Under the pieces are notes generated by a model. It did not search any database. It worked only from the letters and a program-made list of their open reading frames with translations, and had not been told where the DNA came from. Shown here piece after piece: positions 38,569-49,030 of a stretch of 64,000 nucleotides of DNA; within the stretch, counting starts at the first letter, position 1, and every line of letters begins with the position of its first letter. A program made the translations under genes and the position numbers. The stretch spans positions 13,192 to 77,191 of the forward strand of contig DENL01000005.1 in assembly GCA_002359655.1 (NCBI GenBank), read 5' to 3'. This DNA comes from Rickettsiales bacterium UBA2645. GTDB lineage: Bacteria; Pseudomonadota; Alphaproteobacteria; Rickettsiales; UBA1997.

Positions 38569-39486
38569 AATTATTGCTAAAAATTTTTGATTTTTTGCTT
38601 GCAAATTTTTTTTCAAATATTGCTCGATACCAGCGATTGTAAGTGCTGAAGTTGGTTCAATTTTCTGCTGTAAAATTTCTGATAATTTTTTTTGCCAAAA
38701 AATTATTTCTTCTTCAGAAATTTCAAAAACTCCCGCCATTTGTTTTATATGATTAAAGCAAATTTCTGAAGTTGATAAAGTTCGAGCGCCATCAGCAATA
38801 GTGTTTGGCGTATCATCAAAACCGACTATTTTTCCTTGTCGCAGCGATTCTGCGGTATCATTGCCATTTAAAGGTTCGCAAGCGAAAACTTTGGCTTGCG
38901 GCGATAATTTTTGCGCCGCTAAAAAACAGCCTGAAACCAACCCGCCGCCACCACAAGGAGCAAAAATCGCAGCAACTTCGCCAATTTCTTCTAACGCTTC
39001 CAAAGCAGAAGTGCCTTGACCACAAATCACATCTGCATCAGCCGAAGGATGCACAAAAAAGTAACCTTCTTTTTGTTTTTCTAGCGCTTGCTGATTAACT
39101 TGAGATCTTTTTTCAAGCAAAACAACTTCTGCACCCAAATCTTTTGCAGCCTTGATTTTCAAGGGCGAAGCTTTGGTAATCATGTAAATCAAAGCTTTGA
39201 TGCCGAATTTTTTACAAACATAGGCGATTGCTTGGGCGTGATTTCCTGAACTTTGTACGACAATTTTTTGCGGGAAATTTCCGTGATCTTCTTGATATTT
39301 TAAAACCGCATTAAAAGCACCGCGAGCCTTGAAAGAATTAGTCTTTTGCTGATTTTCCATTTTCAAAAAAATCTGTGCGCCAAGCTTTTGATTTAATTTT
39401 TCGTTAGAAATTAGCGGAGTTTTTTCGATATAGTTTTTGATTCGATGATGAGCTTTTAAAATATGCTCAAAATTTAATTCATTCAT
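38548..39486 (-). CDS. PLP-dependent threonine/serine dehydratase family (fold type II)
   Basis: 312 aa. 'NSFKARGA' (PLP Lys), '[10 protein letters not shown]', 'GGGGLVSG'. Its 3' end overlaps the rlmE 3' end by 21 bp (convergent genes). Confidence 0.8.
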   Translation of the reverse strand: MNELNFEHILKAHHRIKNYIEKTPLISNEKLNQKLGAQIFLKMENQQKTNSFKARGAFNAVLKYQEDHGNFPQKIVVQSSGNHAQAIAYVCKKFGIKALIYMITKASPLKIKAAKDLGAEVVLLEKRSQVNQQALEKQKEGYFFVHPSADADVICGQGTSALEALEEIGEVAAIFAPCGGGGLVSGCFLAAQKLSPQAKVFACEPLNGNDTAESLRQGKIVGFDDTPNTIADGARTLSTSEICFNHIKQMAGVFEISEEEIIFWQKKLSEILQQKIEPTSALTIAGIEQYLKKNLQAKNQKFLAIISGGNIV

Positions 39487-39899
39487 TTAGCAAATAATTG
39501 AGAGATGTCTTTGAAAGCTTTAAACTCAAGGGCATTATTGCTTGGATCAAGAAAAAACATTGTGGCTTGCTCACCAGTTTTGCCACGAAATCTGATATAA
39601 GGCTCGATCACAAATTTGATATTTTTGGCCTTTAGGCGATCAGCAAAATCATGCCATTGCTGCCACTCAAGCACCACACCAAAATGCGGTACAGGAACGC
39701 CATGACCATCGACAGGATTTATAATTGTCTGATTTTTTTGCGGGTGTAAATGCGTGACAAATTGATGTCCAAAGAAATTCCAATCAATCCAATTTTCATT
39801 TGAACGACCTTCTGCAAATCCCAAAAACTCACCGTAAAATTGGCGTGCTTTCTCTAAGTCATTTACGGGCATTGCTAGGTGAAAGGGCTGTAGCGACAT
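39483..39899 (-). CDS. VOC/glyoxalase-bleomycin resistance family protein
   Basis: 138 aa. '[22 protein letters not shown]' is a VOC N-terminal pattern. ATGA overlap with the downstream gene. Confidence 0.65.
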   Translation of the reverse strand: MSLQPFHLAMPVNDLEKARQFYGEFLGFAEGRSNENWIDWNFFGHQFVTHLHPQKNQTIINPVDGHGVPVPHFGVVLEWQQWHDFADRLKAKNIKFVIEPYIRFRGKTGEQATMFFLDPSNNALEFKAFKDISQLFAK

Positions 39900-39901
39900 A
39901 T

Positions 39902-40366
39902 TTATTTAATTTCAAAAATTGCATCAACTTCAACGCAAACTCCAAAAGGTAAAGAACCTGAGCCAACTGCAGCACGAGCATGTTTTCCAGCATCGCCCAA
40001 AACTTCAACCATCAAATCTGAAGCGCCATTAGCAACTGCTGGATGATCTTTAAAATTAGCTTCACCATTAACGAAAATTCCAAGTTTAACGCAACGTACA
40101 ACACGTTCTAAATCTCCATCACAAGCAACTTTCAACTGCGCTAAAACATTTATAGCGCAAAGACACGCTGCTTTTTTAGCATCTTCTGCCGAAATTTCTG
40201 AACCAACTTTGCCAATAAATTGTAACTTGCCAGCATCAAGTGGTAACTGGCCTGAAACAAAAACCTGATTTCCCGATTTTACAAAACCAACATAGTTAGC
40301 AACTGGTGCCGCCGGAGTCGGCAGAACAATTCCTAAAGACAATAATTTTGCTTCGATATTTGACAT
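39902..40366 (-). CDS. RidA/YjgF/RutC family protein
   Basis: 154 aa. 'VFVSGQLP', '[23 protein letters not shown]'. Confidence 0.8.
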   Translation of the reverse strand: MSNIEAKLLSLGIVLPTPAAPVANYVGFVKSGNQVFVSGQLPLDAGKLQFIGKVGSEISAEDAKKAACLCAINVLAQLKVACDGDLERVVRCVKLGIFVNGEANFKDHPAVANGASDLMVEVLGDAGKHARAAVGSGSLPFGVCVEVDAIFEIK

Positions 40367-40394
40367 GTTTCTCCTTGATTAGTTTTTTAAAAAA

Positions 40395-41390
40395 TTATCT
40401 TCCAACGATGCCGAGTTTTTTAAACAGATTCTGATCACGTTCAATATCTGGGTTTGAAGTGGTAAGTAATTTCTCGCCGTAAAAAATTGAATTTGCCCCT
40501 GCTAAAAAACACAAGGCTTGAGTTTGCTCATTCATGTTTTCTCGCCCAGCCGACAAGCGCACCGCTGATTTTGGCATCATGATTCTAGCAATTGCAATAG
40601 TGCGGATAAATTCAAATTGATCCAGTTCGGCAACATTTTCAAGCGGAGTACCGGCAACTTTAACCAGCATATTGATTGGTACTGATTCTGGATGCTTTGG
40701 CAAATTTGCCAAGATAATCAACATTTTAGCTCGATCTTCACGTGTTTCACCCATGCCAACAATACCACCAGAGCAAACATTCAAGCCTGCTTCGCGAACA
40801 TTTTTCAGCGTGTTTAAGCGATCTTCAAAATTTCTGGTAGTAATAATTTCAGAATAAAATTCTTCTGATGAATCGATATTGTGATTGTAATAATCAAGTC
40901 CCGCTTCTTTGAGTTTCTTGCTTTGCGAGTTGGTTAACATTCCCAAAGTCATGCAAGTTTCAAGGCCGGTTTTTTTGACTTCATCAACAATATTACAGAT
41001 TTTTTCAACATCACGATCATGCAAATTGCGCCAAGCAGCACCCATACAAAATCTTGATGCACCAGCTTTTTTAGCTGCTTTGGCAGCGTCTAGAATTTTA
41101 TCGACTTTCATTAAGGATTCTTTTTCCAAGCCCGTATTATAATGCGCTGATTGCGGACAATATTTACAATTTTCTGGGCAAGAACCTGTTTTGATACTAA
41201 GCAAAGTGCTGATTTGCACTGTATTTGGATCATGAAATTGACGATGAATTTCGGCAGCTTTAAAGATTAAGTCATTAAAAGGTAGTGCAAAAAGCTGTAG
41301 AATTTCTTCTATCGAAAAATCATGACGCGCGCCGAAATCATAAGATGAGCTAAGCAGCTCGTTTGAATTATTTTTTTGAATTTCTTTCAT
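40395..41390 (-). CDS. bioB: Biotin synthase
   Basis: 331 aa. Radical-SAM '[11 protein letters not shown]', 'YNHNIDSS', '[10 protein letters not shown]'. Confidence 0.95.
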   Translation of the reverse strand: MKEIQKNNSNELLSSSYDFGARHDFSIEEILQLFALPFNDLIFKAAEIHRQFHDPNTVQISTLLSIKTGSCPENCKYCPQSAHYNTGLEKESLMKVDKILDAAKAAKKAGASRFCMGAAWRNLHDRDVEKICNIVDEVKKTGLETCMTLGMLTNSQSKKLKEAGLDYYNHNIDSSEEFYSEIITTRNFEDRLNTLKNVREAGLNVCSGGIVGMGETREDRAKMLIILANLPKHPESVPINMLVKVAGTPLENVAELDQFEFIRTIAIARIMMPKSAVRLSAGRENMNEQTQALCFLAGANSIFYGEKLLTTSNPDIERDQNLFKKLGIVGR

Positions 41391-42406
41391 TATTTATCCC
41401 AGATGATGAGGCATTTAAACAGTTCTCCCATTTGATTCGAATCAATTAAACGATCAATAGCAGAGTTTATTTCAGATTTTTGCATTGGATTTTTTTCGAT
41501 TAAAATTCTGCGACGTTCTTCAACTCCAAGGCTGATTAAAAATTCTTTTTGCGAAATTAATGACGAATTTAATCCCGATTTTTCAACAATTTTTTGTAAA
41601 GATAAGAAGTCAACTAAAGCAGTAATATCAGCTTCTGCAGGATTTTGTAAAACATCAACTTTTTGATGATTTTTAATTGCTTGCAAAGTGTTGAGAAATT
41701 TATTTTCGCTGTAGCCATAATCAATATTTATAGCAATTCCACCTTGTGTTTTCAAAGCTTGGCAGAGTTGTGTTATAAATTCGCGTGCTGCCTTATTATA
41801 TTCAAAAACCGCACCAATTGGGGCTAAAACTTTGATTTCTTCTGCAACAAATTCGTGAATTTTTTTGTCAAAGTCGGCAAGAATAAATTTTTTATCTTTA
41901 ACCATTCTCTCGCACCAACCGATTTCTGTAAGCACAAATTGATCAATTGGGTAGCAGTCAAAAAGCTCGTTGCTTAGAAAAAAAATTTCTTTGTCATGAT
42001 TTTGCGCAAGAAACTCAGAAAAATTTTCATGCCAATTTAGGTGAAATTGGCGCAGACTTTCTTGCTGAATTTTTTGTAAAACCGGATTTATTTCAATAAT
42101 ATTGAAAGTTGTGCGCTCAAGAAAATCAAAAGCTTGAGCAATATTTTTTTCAGCAAGTTTTCTAATAGAATTTAAAATATCGCAAAACAAAGTGCCTTTG
42201 CCAGCACCCATTTCAACGAAGGCAATTTTTGATTTTTTGGCAGTGGAAATTTGCACAAAATAAGCGGCCAAAATTTCACCAAAAACCTGAGAAATTTCGG
42301 GCGCCGTAATAAAATCTGAATTTTTACCTATTGGGTTTTTCGTGCGATAATAGCCGCTTGCGGGATCAAAAAGAGCTTGATTGATGAAGTCAGAAATTTT
42401 CTGCAT
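41390..42406 (-). CDS. MidA/NDUFAF7-family SAM-dependent methyltransferase (DUF185)
   Basis: 338 aa. '[14 protein letters not shown]', '[11 protein letters not shown]', 'IAINIDYGY'. Confidence 0.7.
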   Translation of the reverse strand: MQKISDFINQALFDPASGYYRTKNPIGKNSDFITAPEISQVFGEILAAYFVQISTAKKSKIAFVEMGAGKGTLFCDILNSIRKLAEKNIAQAFDFLERTTFNIIEINPVLQKIQQESLRQFHLNWHENFSEFLAQNHDKEIFFLSNELFDCYPIDQFVLTEIGWCERMVKDKKFILADFDKKIHEFVAEEIKVLAPIGAVFEYNKAAREFITQLCQALKTQGGIAINIDYGYSENKFLNTLQAIKNHQKVDVLQNPAEADITALVDFLSLQKIVEKSGLNSSLISQKEFLISLGVEERRRILIEKNPMQKSEINSAIDRLIDSNQMGELFKCLIIWDK

Positions 42407-42412
42407 CTTGCT

Positions 42413-43045
42413 TTAAGGTCGCCAATTAAGAAAGTTTTTCAGCAATGTTAGTCCAACTTCAGCGCTTTTTTCAGGGTGAAATTGTACACCAAAAATATTG
42501 TCTTTAGCAATAATGGCAGAGATTTGCGATCCGTATTCAGCGTGGGCTAATTCGTTATTTTGATTTTGGCAACGGAAAAAATAAGAGTTAGCAAAATAAA
42601 CGTGATCTCCTGTTTTAATATTTTGCAAAACAGGATGTTTGACTTCTTTAATTATAAGCTCATTCCAACCCATATGCGGAACTTTTAGATTTTCGCTAGC
42701 GATGATTTTTTCAACTTTGCCGCTGATAAAACTCAATCCCTTATGCTCGCCATCTTCATAGCCAATTGAGGCTAAAACTTGCATACCCACACAAATGCCA
42801 AGGAAAGGTTTTTTTTCGGTGATGACTTGTTTTCTAACTTCTTCAGCTAATCCGCTAACTGATTTTAGGCCATTAATGCAATCGGCAAAAGCGCCAACAC
42901 CAGGTAAAATTAAAGAGTTAGCCGATTTGATTTCAGCCGGATTATTAGAAATTGTGATTTCGTGATTTTTGTTTTTTACCAAAAGTAGTGCGTTGAAAAC
43001 TGACTCGACATTGCCGGAGCCATAATCGATTATGACGGTTTTCAT
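42413..43045 (-). CDS. hisH: Imidazole glycerol phosphate synthase, glutamine amidotransferase subunit
   Basis: 210 aa. 'IIDYGSGNVESV', 'LPGVGAF', 'GICVGMQ', 'PHMGWN', 'QFHPEKS'. Confidence 0.9.
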   Translation of the reverse strand: MKTVIIDYGSGNVESVFNALLLVKNKNHEITISNNPAEIKSANSLILPGVGAFADCINGLKSVSGLAEEVRKQVITEKKPFLGICVGMQVLASIGYEDGEHKGLSFISGKVEKIIASENLKVPHMGWNELIIKEVKHPVLQNIKTGDHVYFANSYFFRCQNQNNELAHAEYGSQISAIIAKDNIFGVQFHPEKSAEVGLTLLKNFLNWRP

Positions 43046-43054
43046 TTTTCTATT

Positions 43055-43465
43055 TTAGGATTTTATTTTGAGATCAACCAAATCAAGCAGGTTTTCAGAC
43101 TTGAGATTTTCAACAAAACGCATTTTAGCATTGGCTGCGTCAGAACCAAAAACCAGACCGACAAATTCATAACCTCTTTTTTTCATGGCATCGACAAGCC
43201 AATAATTGGCGTTAAGCGCGATTATAAAAAAGAAAGCCATTTCTAAAAAGAAATTATCAAATCCAGATAAAAAATTTAATTTTTTAGTAAAAACAAAAAC
43301 AAAATTGACCAGAAGTAATACTAAAAATTCTTTACGCATTTTGTGATAAAGAAACCAAAAGGCACTAAACAGAAACGCCCAGATCGAAAAGCCTTCTTTT
43401 AACAAGACGACTTCTGCGATTTTTCCTTCCTGATTTTTTTTGATTAGAGCGTTGTATAGTTTCAT
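43055..43465 (-). CDS. DUF2628-like small membrane protein
   Basis: 136 aa. 'LLKEGFSIWAFLFSAFWFLYHKM'. This family commonly sits beside hisH in alphaproteobacterial his clusters. Confidence 0.6.
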   Translation of the reverse strand: MKLYNALIKKNQEGKIAEVVLLKEGFSIWAFLFSAFWFLYHKMRKEFLVLLLVNFVFVFTKKLNFLSGFDNFFLEMAFFFIIALNANYWLVDAMKKRGYEFVGLVFGSDAANAKMRFVENLKSENLLDLVDLKIKS

Positions 43466-43534
43466 TGAGAGAAATTTAATTATCTTTCTCTCGTAACCCT
43501 TGGGGCTTGAAGGCCCAAGGATGACGAAGATTAA

Positions 43535-43894
43535 TTAAGCTTTTAAAGCCAATTTAGCTTTTTCAACAATCTTAGCAAAAGTTTCTGGTTCTTTAATTGC
43601 TAAGTCAGAAAGCACTTTACGATCAAGATCAATATTAGCTAATTTCAAACCATTGATAAATCTTGAATAAACCAGCCCGTGCGGGCGAACTGCAGCGTTA
43701 ATACGCTGAATCCACAAACCGCGGAAGTCTCTTTTTTTAACACGACGATCGCGATAGGCGTAACGCAACGCTTTTTCAACTTTTTCAATAGCAACGCGAA
43801 AACAGTTTTTGGCGCGACCACGGTAACCTTTGGCAAGTTTTAAAATCTTTTTGTGTCTAGCTTTTTTAGTGACACCTCTTTTTACACGACTCAT
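43535..43894 (-). CDS. rplT: 50S ribosomal protein L20
   Basis: 119 aa. '[27 protein letters not shown]'. Confidence 0.97.
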   Translation of the reverse strand: MSRVKRGVTKKARHKKILKLAKGYRGRAKNCFRVAIEKVEKALRYAYRDRRVKKRDFRGLWIQRINAAVRPHGLVYSRFINGLKLANIDLDRKVLSDLAIKEPETFAKIVEKAKLALKA

Positions 43895-43949
43895 TTTTTC
43901 TCCGGAAAATTTTTAATATTATTCTAGCGCTCAAACAAGAGCAAAAAGA

Positions 43950-44153
43950 CTAGCGATTGTACGGCATCTTGTGTTTCAAGATGCTGGCCGAATGGCCTTC
44001 AGACAAAACTGCACCTTTGCGCAAATTTCTAATACGAGTCTGACTTTTTTTGCCCAAGTTGTGTCTTTTGCCAGCTTGCTTGTGAACAACTTTTCCAGTT
44101 CCGGTAACTTTGAATCGCTTCTTAGCCCCGCTATTTGTTTTCATTTTCGGCAT
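43950..44153 (-). CDS. rpmI: 50S ribosomal protein L35
   Basis: I use the internal Met '[22 protein letters not shown]..' (67 aa). The 90-aa ORF-track version adds an implausible N-terminal extension. Confidence 0.9.
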   Translation of the reverse strand: MPKMKTNSGAKKRFKVTGTGKVVHKQAGKRHNLGKKSQTRIRNLRKGAVLSEGHSASILKHKMPYNR

Positions 44154-44392
44154 ATCATTTTTATAATTAAGGTTAATGAAGCAGAAACACAGGTAGAAAG
44201 CCTTGACCCGTGAATCATTCACAACTTCAAAGAAATTGTGAACACAAACTCAAATTTAATGAGCTGCGTAAAAAAGCGAGGATTTTAAGCAAGTGCTAGG
44301 CGGCCAAGCGGAGCGCACCGCAGCGTACTGAAGTACGTGAGGAGCGAGTCCACGCTGGACAACGACGCTATCGCTTAAAAGCCGAAGCTTTT

Positions 44393-44469
44393 TGGTGGGA
44401 TCAGTAGGACTCGAACCTACGACCAAGACGTTATGAGCATCCTGCTCTAACCAACTGAGCTATGATCCC
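44393..44469 (-). tRNA. tRNA with CAT anticodon (elongator tRNA-Met or lysidine-type tRNA-Ile2), CCA encoded
   Basis: Hand-folded cloverleaf. Acceptor GGGATCA/TGATCCC, D stem GCTC/GAGC, anticodon loop CTCATAA, T arm GTAGG-TTCGAGT-CCTAC, then ACCA. The anticodon stem lacks the three G-C pairs of initiator tRNAs. Confidence 0.9.
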
Positions 44470-44607
44470 AGAAATAAATAAAAATTCATAATCGCTTTTC
44501 TCGCTTACGCTTGAAGACGATTACTCAACTGAGCGGATCTTCGCTTTCGCTTGTCCGCTCGTTTTTGCTAAAAATGTGCGTTTAGCACATTTTCTAAACA
44601 CAAAAAC

Positions 44608-44623
44608 CTGAGCTATGATCCCA
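44608..44623. repeat. 16-bp exact duplicate of the tRNA 5' end (ctgagctatgatccca = 44455-44470)
   Basis: Read directly. It lies 138 bp from the intact tRNA 5' end. Confidence 0.85.
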
Positions 44624-44786
44624 CAGGTAAAAATTTTCTAACGAAAATTTTTAAACTAAATTGAATTAAAAAAGCGAAAGCGGTTCCGCTTTTTTTAATA
44701 AATTTTATTTTTGTTTTTGGATTTATTTTGATCTTCAAACGAAAGGGTGGCGCAAGTTAGACGTGAGTTGACTTTTTGCAACAAAT

Positions 44787-45350
44787 TTATGCTTTTGCTT
44801 TAGCAACTCCGACCAACGCTGGTCGGATCAAGCGCTCAGAGATTGAATATCCAGCTTGAATTACTTGAACAACTGTCCCTTCTTCAGCGTCACTTTCAAT
44901 TTGGGCAATGGCTTCATGGAAATTGTGATCAAATTTTTGGTTAAGCGGATAAATTCTTTTGACCTGATTTTTTTCTAGAACTTTTAGCAATTCTTTTTCA
45001 GTCATCACAATTGCATCAGCGTAGTTTTTGATTGCTGGATTTTTTTCAATTTCTTCTTTTGGTGAGTTTTCGCTGGCTAAGAAAAAGTTTTCCACCACCA
45101 AAACCAAATCAGCAACAAAATTAGAAATGGCAAATTTTGCTGACTTTTCTAATTCTTCACGAGATCTTCTGCGCACGTTGTCTAGCTCAGCTAAAGCTCG
45201 TAATAATTTATCGTTAGTCTCAGAAATTATTTTTTCTAATTCAGCAATTTTTTCAGCTGAGTTTTCGACATTATTCTCTTTAACATCAGCGACTTTTTGT
45301 TCTTGTTGCTCTTGATTGTCGACTGGATTTGAGCCTTGATTTTCTTGCAT
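44787..45350 (-). CDS. grpE: Nucleotide exchange factor GrpE
   Basis: 187 aa. 'LLRALAELDNVRRR', 'HEAIAQIES', 'GYSISERLIRPALVGV'. Confidence 0.93.
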   Translation of the reverse strand: MQENQGSNPVDNQEQQEQKVADVKENNVENSAEKIAELEKIISETNDKLLRALAELDNVRRRSREELEKSAKFAISNFVADLVLVVENFFLASENSPKEEIEKNPAIKNYADAIVMTEKELLKVLEKNQVKRIYPLNQKFDHNFHEAIAQIESDAEEGTVVQVIQAGYSISERLIRPALVGVAKAKA

Positions 45351-45397
45351 TTTAGTACTCCGAAATTTTGTTGAGAATTAAAGTTGAAGAACAAAAA

Positions 45398-45424
45398 ACA
45401 TAAGGGAGCCAAGGCCAATTTCAA
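45398..45424 (-). promoter_or_regulatory. Candidate sigma-32-type promoter of grpE
   Basis: - strand reads TTGAAA-ttggccttggct-CCCTTATGT. Compare the E. coli-type CTTGAAA..CCCCATNT and the alphaproteobacterial CYTATNT. Confidence 0.35.
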
Positions 45425-45509
45425 TAGCGAAAATGACATTGCTTTATTTGTCTTCTAAATCTTAAATCACGCCTCAACTTGTCCCTTAAATTTTCATACA
45501 AACAAACCA

Positions 45510-46136
45510 ATGTCAGAAAAAATGATCCTTGAACAAGCCAATTATCTTGTTCCAACGGTAATCGAACAAACCAACAAAGGTGAAAGAGCGTTTGATATCT
45601 ACTCCCGCCTTTTGAAAGAAAGAATCATCTTTTTATCTGGACCAGTTAATGATCAAGTTTCTTCTTTAGTGGTTGCGCAACTACTTTTTTTAGAATCAGA
45701 AGATCCAAAAAAAGATATTTATTTCTACATTAACTCTCCCGGAGGCATTGTCACATCTGGCTTAGCAATGTATGACACTATGCAATATATTAGCCCCGAC
45801 GTTGCTACAATTTGTATCGGTCAAGCAGCTTCAATGGGCTCTTTGCTTCTTACCGCTGGCGCTGCTGGTAAAAGATTTTGTTTGCCAAATTCACGCATCA
45901 TGATCCATCAACCAAGCGGCGGCTATCAAGGACAGGCAACTGATATTGAAATCCACGCTCAAGAAATTTTATCTTTGAAAAAAAGATTAAACGAAATTTA
46001 TGTTAAACACACTGGCCAAAAGTTATCTGCCATTGAGAAATCAATGGAGCGGGATAATTTTATGACCGCTGAAAAAGCCAAAGAGTTTGGCTTGATTGAC
46101 CAAGTAATCGACAAAAGACCTGAAACTAAAATCTGA
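45510..46136 (+). CDS. clpP: ATP-dependent Clp protease proteolytic subunit
   Basis: 208 aa. '[11 protein letters not shown]' (active Ser), 'MIHQPSGG'. Confidence 0.97.
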   Translation: MSEKMILEQANYLVPTVIEQTNKGERAFDIYSRLLKERIIFLSGPVNDQVSSLVVAQLLFLESEDPKKDIYFYINSPGGIVTSGLAMYDTMQYISPDVATICIGQAASMGSLLLTAGAAGKRFCLPNSRIMIHQPSGGYQGQATDIEIHAQEILSLKKRLNEIYVKHTGQKLSAIEKSMERDNFMTAEKAKEFGLIDQVIDKRPETKI

Positions 46137-46153
46137 ATCAAAAATAATCGATC

Positions 46154-47473
46154 ATGACTAAAAACGACTCGCAAGATCTATGCTGCTCATTTTGCGGTAA
46201 ACACCAAAACGAAGTAAAAAAACTAGTTGCTGGCCCTACTGTTTTTGTATGTAATGAATGTATCACTCTTTGCGGTGATATTTTGCGCGAAGATGGTAGA
46301 AAATCTGCCCTAGGAAAAAGTGGCGGCCTGAAACCAAAGCCAAAAGACATCATTAAAATTCTCGACGACTATGTCGTTGGTCAAGAATATGCTAAAAAAG
46401 TTTTAGCAGTTGGGGTTTATAATCATTACAAACGCATCGATTCTATTCTTACTTCCGACGGCACTGAACTTAACAAATCAAATATTTTAATGATTGGGCC
46501 AACTGGCTGTGGCAAAACTTTATTGGCACAAACAATGGCGCGCATTTTAAATGTCCCCTTCACCATGGCTGATGCGACTTCTCTGACTGAAGCTGGCTAT
46601 GTTGGAGATGATGTAGAAAACATTATTTCGCGCCTTTTACAAGCTGCAGGTTACGATATCGAAAAAACTCAACGCGGCATTGTTTACATCGACGAAATCG
46701 ACAAGATCGCTCGTAAATCTGAAGAAGGCGCCAGAAGTCGTGATATTTCAGGTGAAGGCGTTCAACAAGGTTTACTTAAAATTATTGAAGGCACTGTTGC
46801 TTCAGTGCCAACTCAACCTGGTAGAAAAACCTCACAGCAGGAATATGTGCAAGTTGATACTCGCAATATTTTATTTATTTGCGCTGGCGCATTTTCTGGT
46901 TTGGAAAAAATTATCGCAGCACGCGGAAAAGGCTCAAGCATTGGTTTTGGCGCTGATGTGAGAGTAAAAGATGACAATTCTCGCAAAGATATTTTCAACC
47001 AAGTTGAGCCAGATGATTTGATTAAATTTGGTTTGATTCCTGAAATTGTAGGCAGACTTCCAATTATCTCTCCGCTCGAAGGACTAACCGAAGAAGATTT
47101 GACCAGAATTTTATCTGAGCCAAAAAATTCAATAACCAAGCAATATCAAAAACTTTTTGCACTCGATAATGTTGAGTTAATTTTCGAACCAGAAGCTTTG
47201 AAAGAAATCGCCAAAAAAGCCATTGAGCGCAAAACCGGCGCCAGAGGACTTCGCGCCATTACTGAAAACATTTTGCTCGACACAATGTTTGAAGTTCCGT
47301 CGCAAAAAAATGTTAAATCAGTCAGAGTTTCGGGAGAAGTTTTAACTAAAAACCAAAAAGTTGAAATTACCTATCTAACCGAAAAAGAAGCTTTGGAAAA
47401 AGAAGAGAGAAAAACTATTTCAGTTGTTCCGCCTTCTGATCCTACAATTCCTCAAAAAGAAAAAAGGGCTTAA
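46154..47473 (+). CDS. clpX: ATP-dependent Clp protease ATP-binding subunit ClpX
   Basis: 439 aa. Zinc finger '[25 protein letters not shown]', Walker A 'GPTGCGKT', '[10 protein letters not shown]'. Confidence 0.97.
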   Translation: MTKNDSQDLCCSFCGKHQNEVKKLVAGPTVFVCNECITLCGDILREDGRKSALGKSGGLKPKPKDIIKILDDYVVGQEYAKKVLAVGVYNHYKRIDSILTSDGTELNKSNILMIGPTGCGKTLLAQTMARILNVPFTMADATSLTEAGYVGDDVENIISRLLQAAGYDIEKTQRGIVYIDEIDKIARKSEEGARSRDISGEGVQQGLLKIIEGTVASVPTQPGRKTSQQEYVQVDTRNILFICAGAFSGLEKIIAARGKGSSIGFGADVRVKDDNSRKDIFNQVEPDDLIKFGLIPEIVGRLPIISPLEGLTEEDLTRILSEPKNSITKQYQKLFALDNVELIFEPEALKEIAKKAIERKTGARGLRAITENILLDTMFEVPSQKNVKSVRVSGEVLTKNQKVEITYLTEKEALEKEERKTISVVPPSDPTIPQKEKRA

Positions 47474-47484
47474 AGAAGCAGCTG

Positions 47485-47733
47485 TTAGCCAATTTTTATC
47501 TCTAAAGCGTGCAGCCCTTTTTTAAACTCCTCTTCGAGCAACTTATTGATTCTTCGATGTGCACCAACTGCGTTTAAATTTTTTAACTCTTCAGATTCAA
47601 TTGTAATCGCAAAGTGAGTTTCATTTGTTCCATTATCTCCACTATGCCCAGCATGAAGATAAGAATTATTTTTCACCTGTAAAAAACTTGGCCTAAGATT
47701 TTCTTGCAGAGTTTTTTCGATCCTTTGCTTCAT
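47485..47733 (-). CDS. BolA family protein (second copy in the window)
   Basis: 82 aa. 'NSYLHAGHSG...THFAITIESEELKNLNAVGAHRRINKLL'. Confidence 0.7.
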   Translation of the reverse strand: MKQRIEKTLQENLRPSFLQVKNNSYLHAGHSGDNGTNETHFAITIESEELKNLNAVGAHRRINKLLEEEFKKGLHALEIKIG

Positions 47734-47746
47734 GTTAAAAAACCTG

Positions 47747-47761
47747 TTAATAAATTGTTAA
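47747..47761 (+). promoter_or_regulatory. CtrA-box-like TTAA-N7-TTAA
   Basis: TTAAtaaattgTTAA read directly. Two further TTAA pairs have N8 spacing (47735-47750 and 47929-47944). Confidence 0.35.
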
Positions 47762-47772
47762 AAAACCAAGAC

Positions 47773-47781
47773 TTATCCACT
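47773..47781 (+). promoter_or_regulatory. DnaA box TTATCCACT (8/9 match to TTATCCACA)
   Basis: Read directly. Weaker relatives are 'tttttcaca' (~47813) and 'taattcaca' (~47960). Confidence 0.5.
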
Positions 47782-47995
47782 GATAATTTTTTTTGAAAAA
47801 ACTTATTAAAATTTTTCACATTTTCTTAACAGGTTTTTTCTCTGTTAAAAAGTTTTTCTTTAAAAAAAATTTCTGTTAATAACTTTTATAAATTCTCTAT
47901 TTTCAAGGTTAAAAAGGTTTTTAAAATGTTAATAAAAATGTTAAAAACATTTAATTAAATAATTCACAGCACCAATAAAAATAATAAATATTTAA

Positions 47996-49030
47996 ATGAA
48001 TAAGTTACTTAATACACTTCTTAAAAAAGAGAAAAACTCTACTCCACCAATTTGGGTAATGCGGCAAGCAGGTAGATATTTACCAGAATATCGCGAAATT
48101 AGAGTAAATGTAAAAAATTTTTTAGAACTTTGTTACACTCCAAAACTAGCTTCAGAGGTTACACTTCAGCCAATTCGTCGATTTGGTTTTGATGCAGCAA
48201 TTATTTTTTCTGATATTTTAGTAATACCAGATGCTCTGGGTGTAAAAGTTGAATTTGTTAAAAATGAAGGTCCAAAGTTACAAAAAATTTCTTCAGCTGC
48301 TGATTTAAAAAATCTAAAAACTTCCAATATTAAGTCGCATTTAAACCCAGTTTTCGAAGCGCTAGATCTAACAAAATCTAAACTTAATAAAGAGACAGCT
48401 TTGATTGGTTTTTCTGGCGCTCCATGGACGCTAGCTTGTTACATGATTGAAGGAGCTGGATCAAAGAATTTTGAAAGTGTGCGTATTGCTGCAGTTCGTG
48501 ATGAAGAATTTTTTTCTCAGTTAATTGAAATTTTAACACAAAGTGTAATTGAGTATTTATCACTACAAATCAAAGCCGGCGCTGATATTGTGAAAATATT
48601 TGATTCTTGGGCCGGAGTTTTGCCACCAGATCAGTTAAGAAAATGGGTGATTCAACCAACCAAAAAAATTATTTCTGAACTTAAAAAACTTCATCCACAA
48701 ACGCCAATAATTGCCTTTCCACGCGGTATCGGCATGAATTACTTAGAATTTGCCAGAAATGTTGATTGTGAAGGTTTGGCAATTGATCAAACTGTAGAAA
48801 AAAAATGGGCAAAAGAAAATCTAGGCAAAAATTCTAACAAAATTTTGCAAGGAAATTTAGACAATATTCTGCTTGCGTTTGGATCGAAAAAAGAAATCGA
48901 AAAAGAAGTTTTAGAAATTTTAGAAACCTCCAAAGATCAACCATTTATTTTCAACTTAGGTCACGGAATTTTGCCGCAAACTCCAATTGAAAATGTGGAG
49001 CTATTACTGAATTTAGTAAGAAAAAACTAA
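47996..49030 (+). CDS. hemE: Uroporphyrinogen decarboxylase
   Basis: 344 aa. 'PPIWVMRQAGRYLPEYR', 'DAAIIFSDILV', 'FNLGHGI'. Confidence 0.95.
   Translation: MNKLLNTLLKKEKNSTPPIWVMRQAGRYLPEYREIRVNVKNFLELCYTPKLASEVTLQPIRRFGFDAAIIFSDILVIPDALGVKVEFVKNEGPKLQKISSAADLKNLKTSNIKSHLNPVFEALDLTKSKLNKETALIGFSGAPWTLACYMIEGAGSKNFESVRIAAVRDEEFFSQLIEILTQSVIEYLSLQIKAGADIVKIFDSWAGVLPPDQLRKWVIQPTKKIISELKKLHPQTPIIAFPRGIGMNYLEFARNVDCEGLAIDQTVEKKWAKENLGKNSNKILQGNLDNILLAFGSKKEIEKEVLEILETSKDQPFIFNLGHGILPQTPIENVELLLNLVRKN

Larger units (their letters stand above)
47734..47995. other. Candidate chromosomal replication origin (oriC), hemE-linked AT-rich intergenic region
   Basis: 262-bp very AT-rich spacer between divergent bolA-like and hemE. 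It has one near-consensus DnaA box, one TTAA-N7-TTAA site and eight same-orientation GTTAAWAA motifs. Genes to the left (15.5-45.3 kb) are almost all on the - strand. Confidence 0.5.

Noticed and set aside
43950-44222. 90-aa version of the rpmI ORF from the ORF track
   Set aside because: The first 23 aa ([23 protein letters not shown]) are unlike L35. The conserved L35 N-terminus begins at the internal Met (44153).
44281-44392. GC-rich block between tRNA-CAT and rpmI, considered as an L20/L35 operon leader or known sRNA
   Set aside because: Only short local hairpins are present (for example gtact-gaa-gtac). There is no resemblance to any leader family I can recall. It is mentioned within the tRNA finding but not called as a feature.
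47929-47944. Additional TTAA...TTAA pairs in the candidate origin, considered as CtrA boxes
   Set aside because: Their spacing is N8 rather than the canonical N7. Only the site at 47747-47761 fits, so the others are not called.
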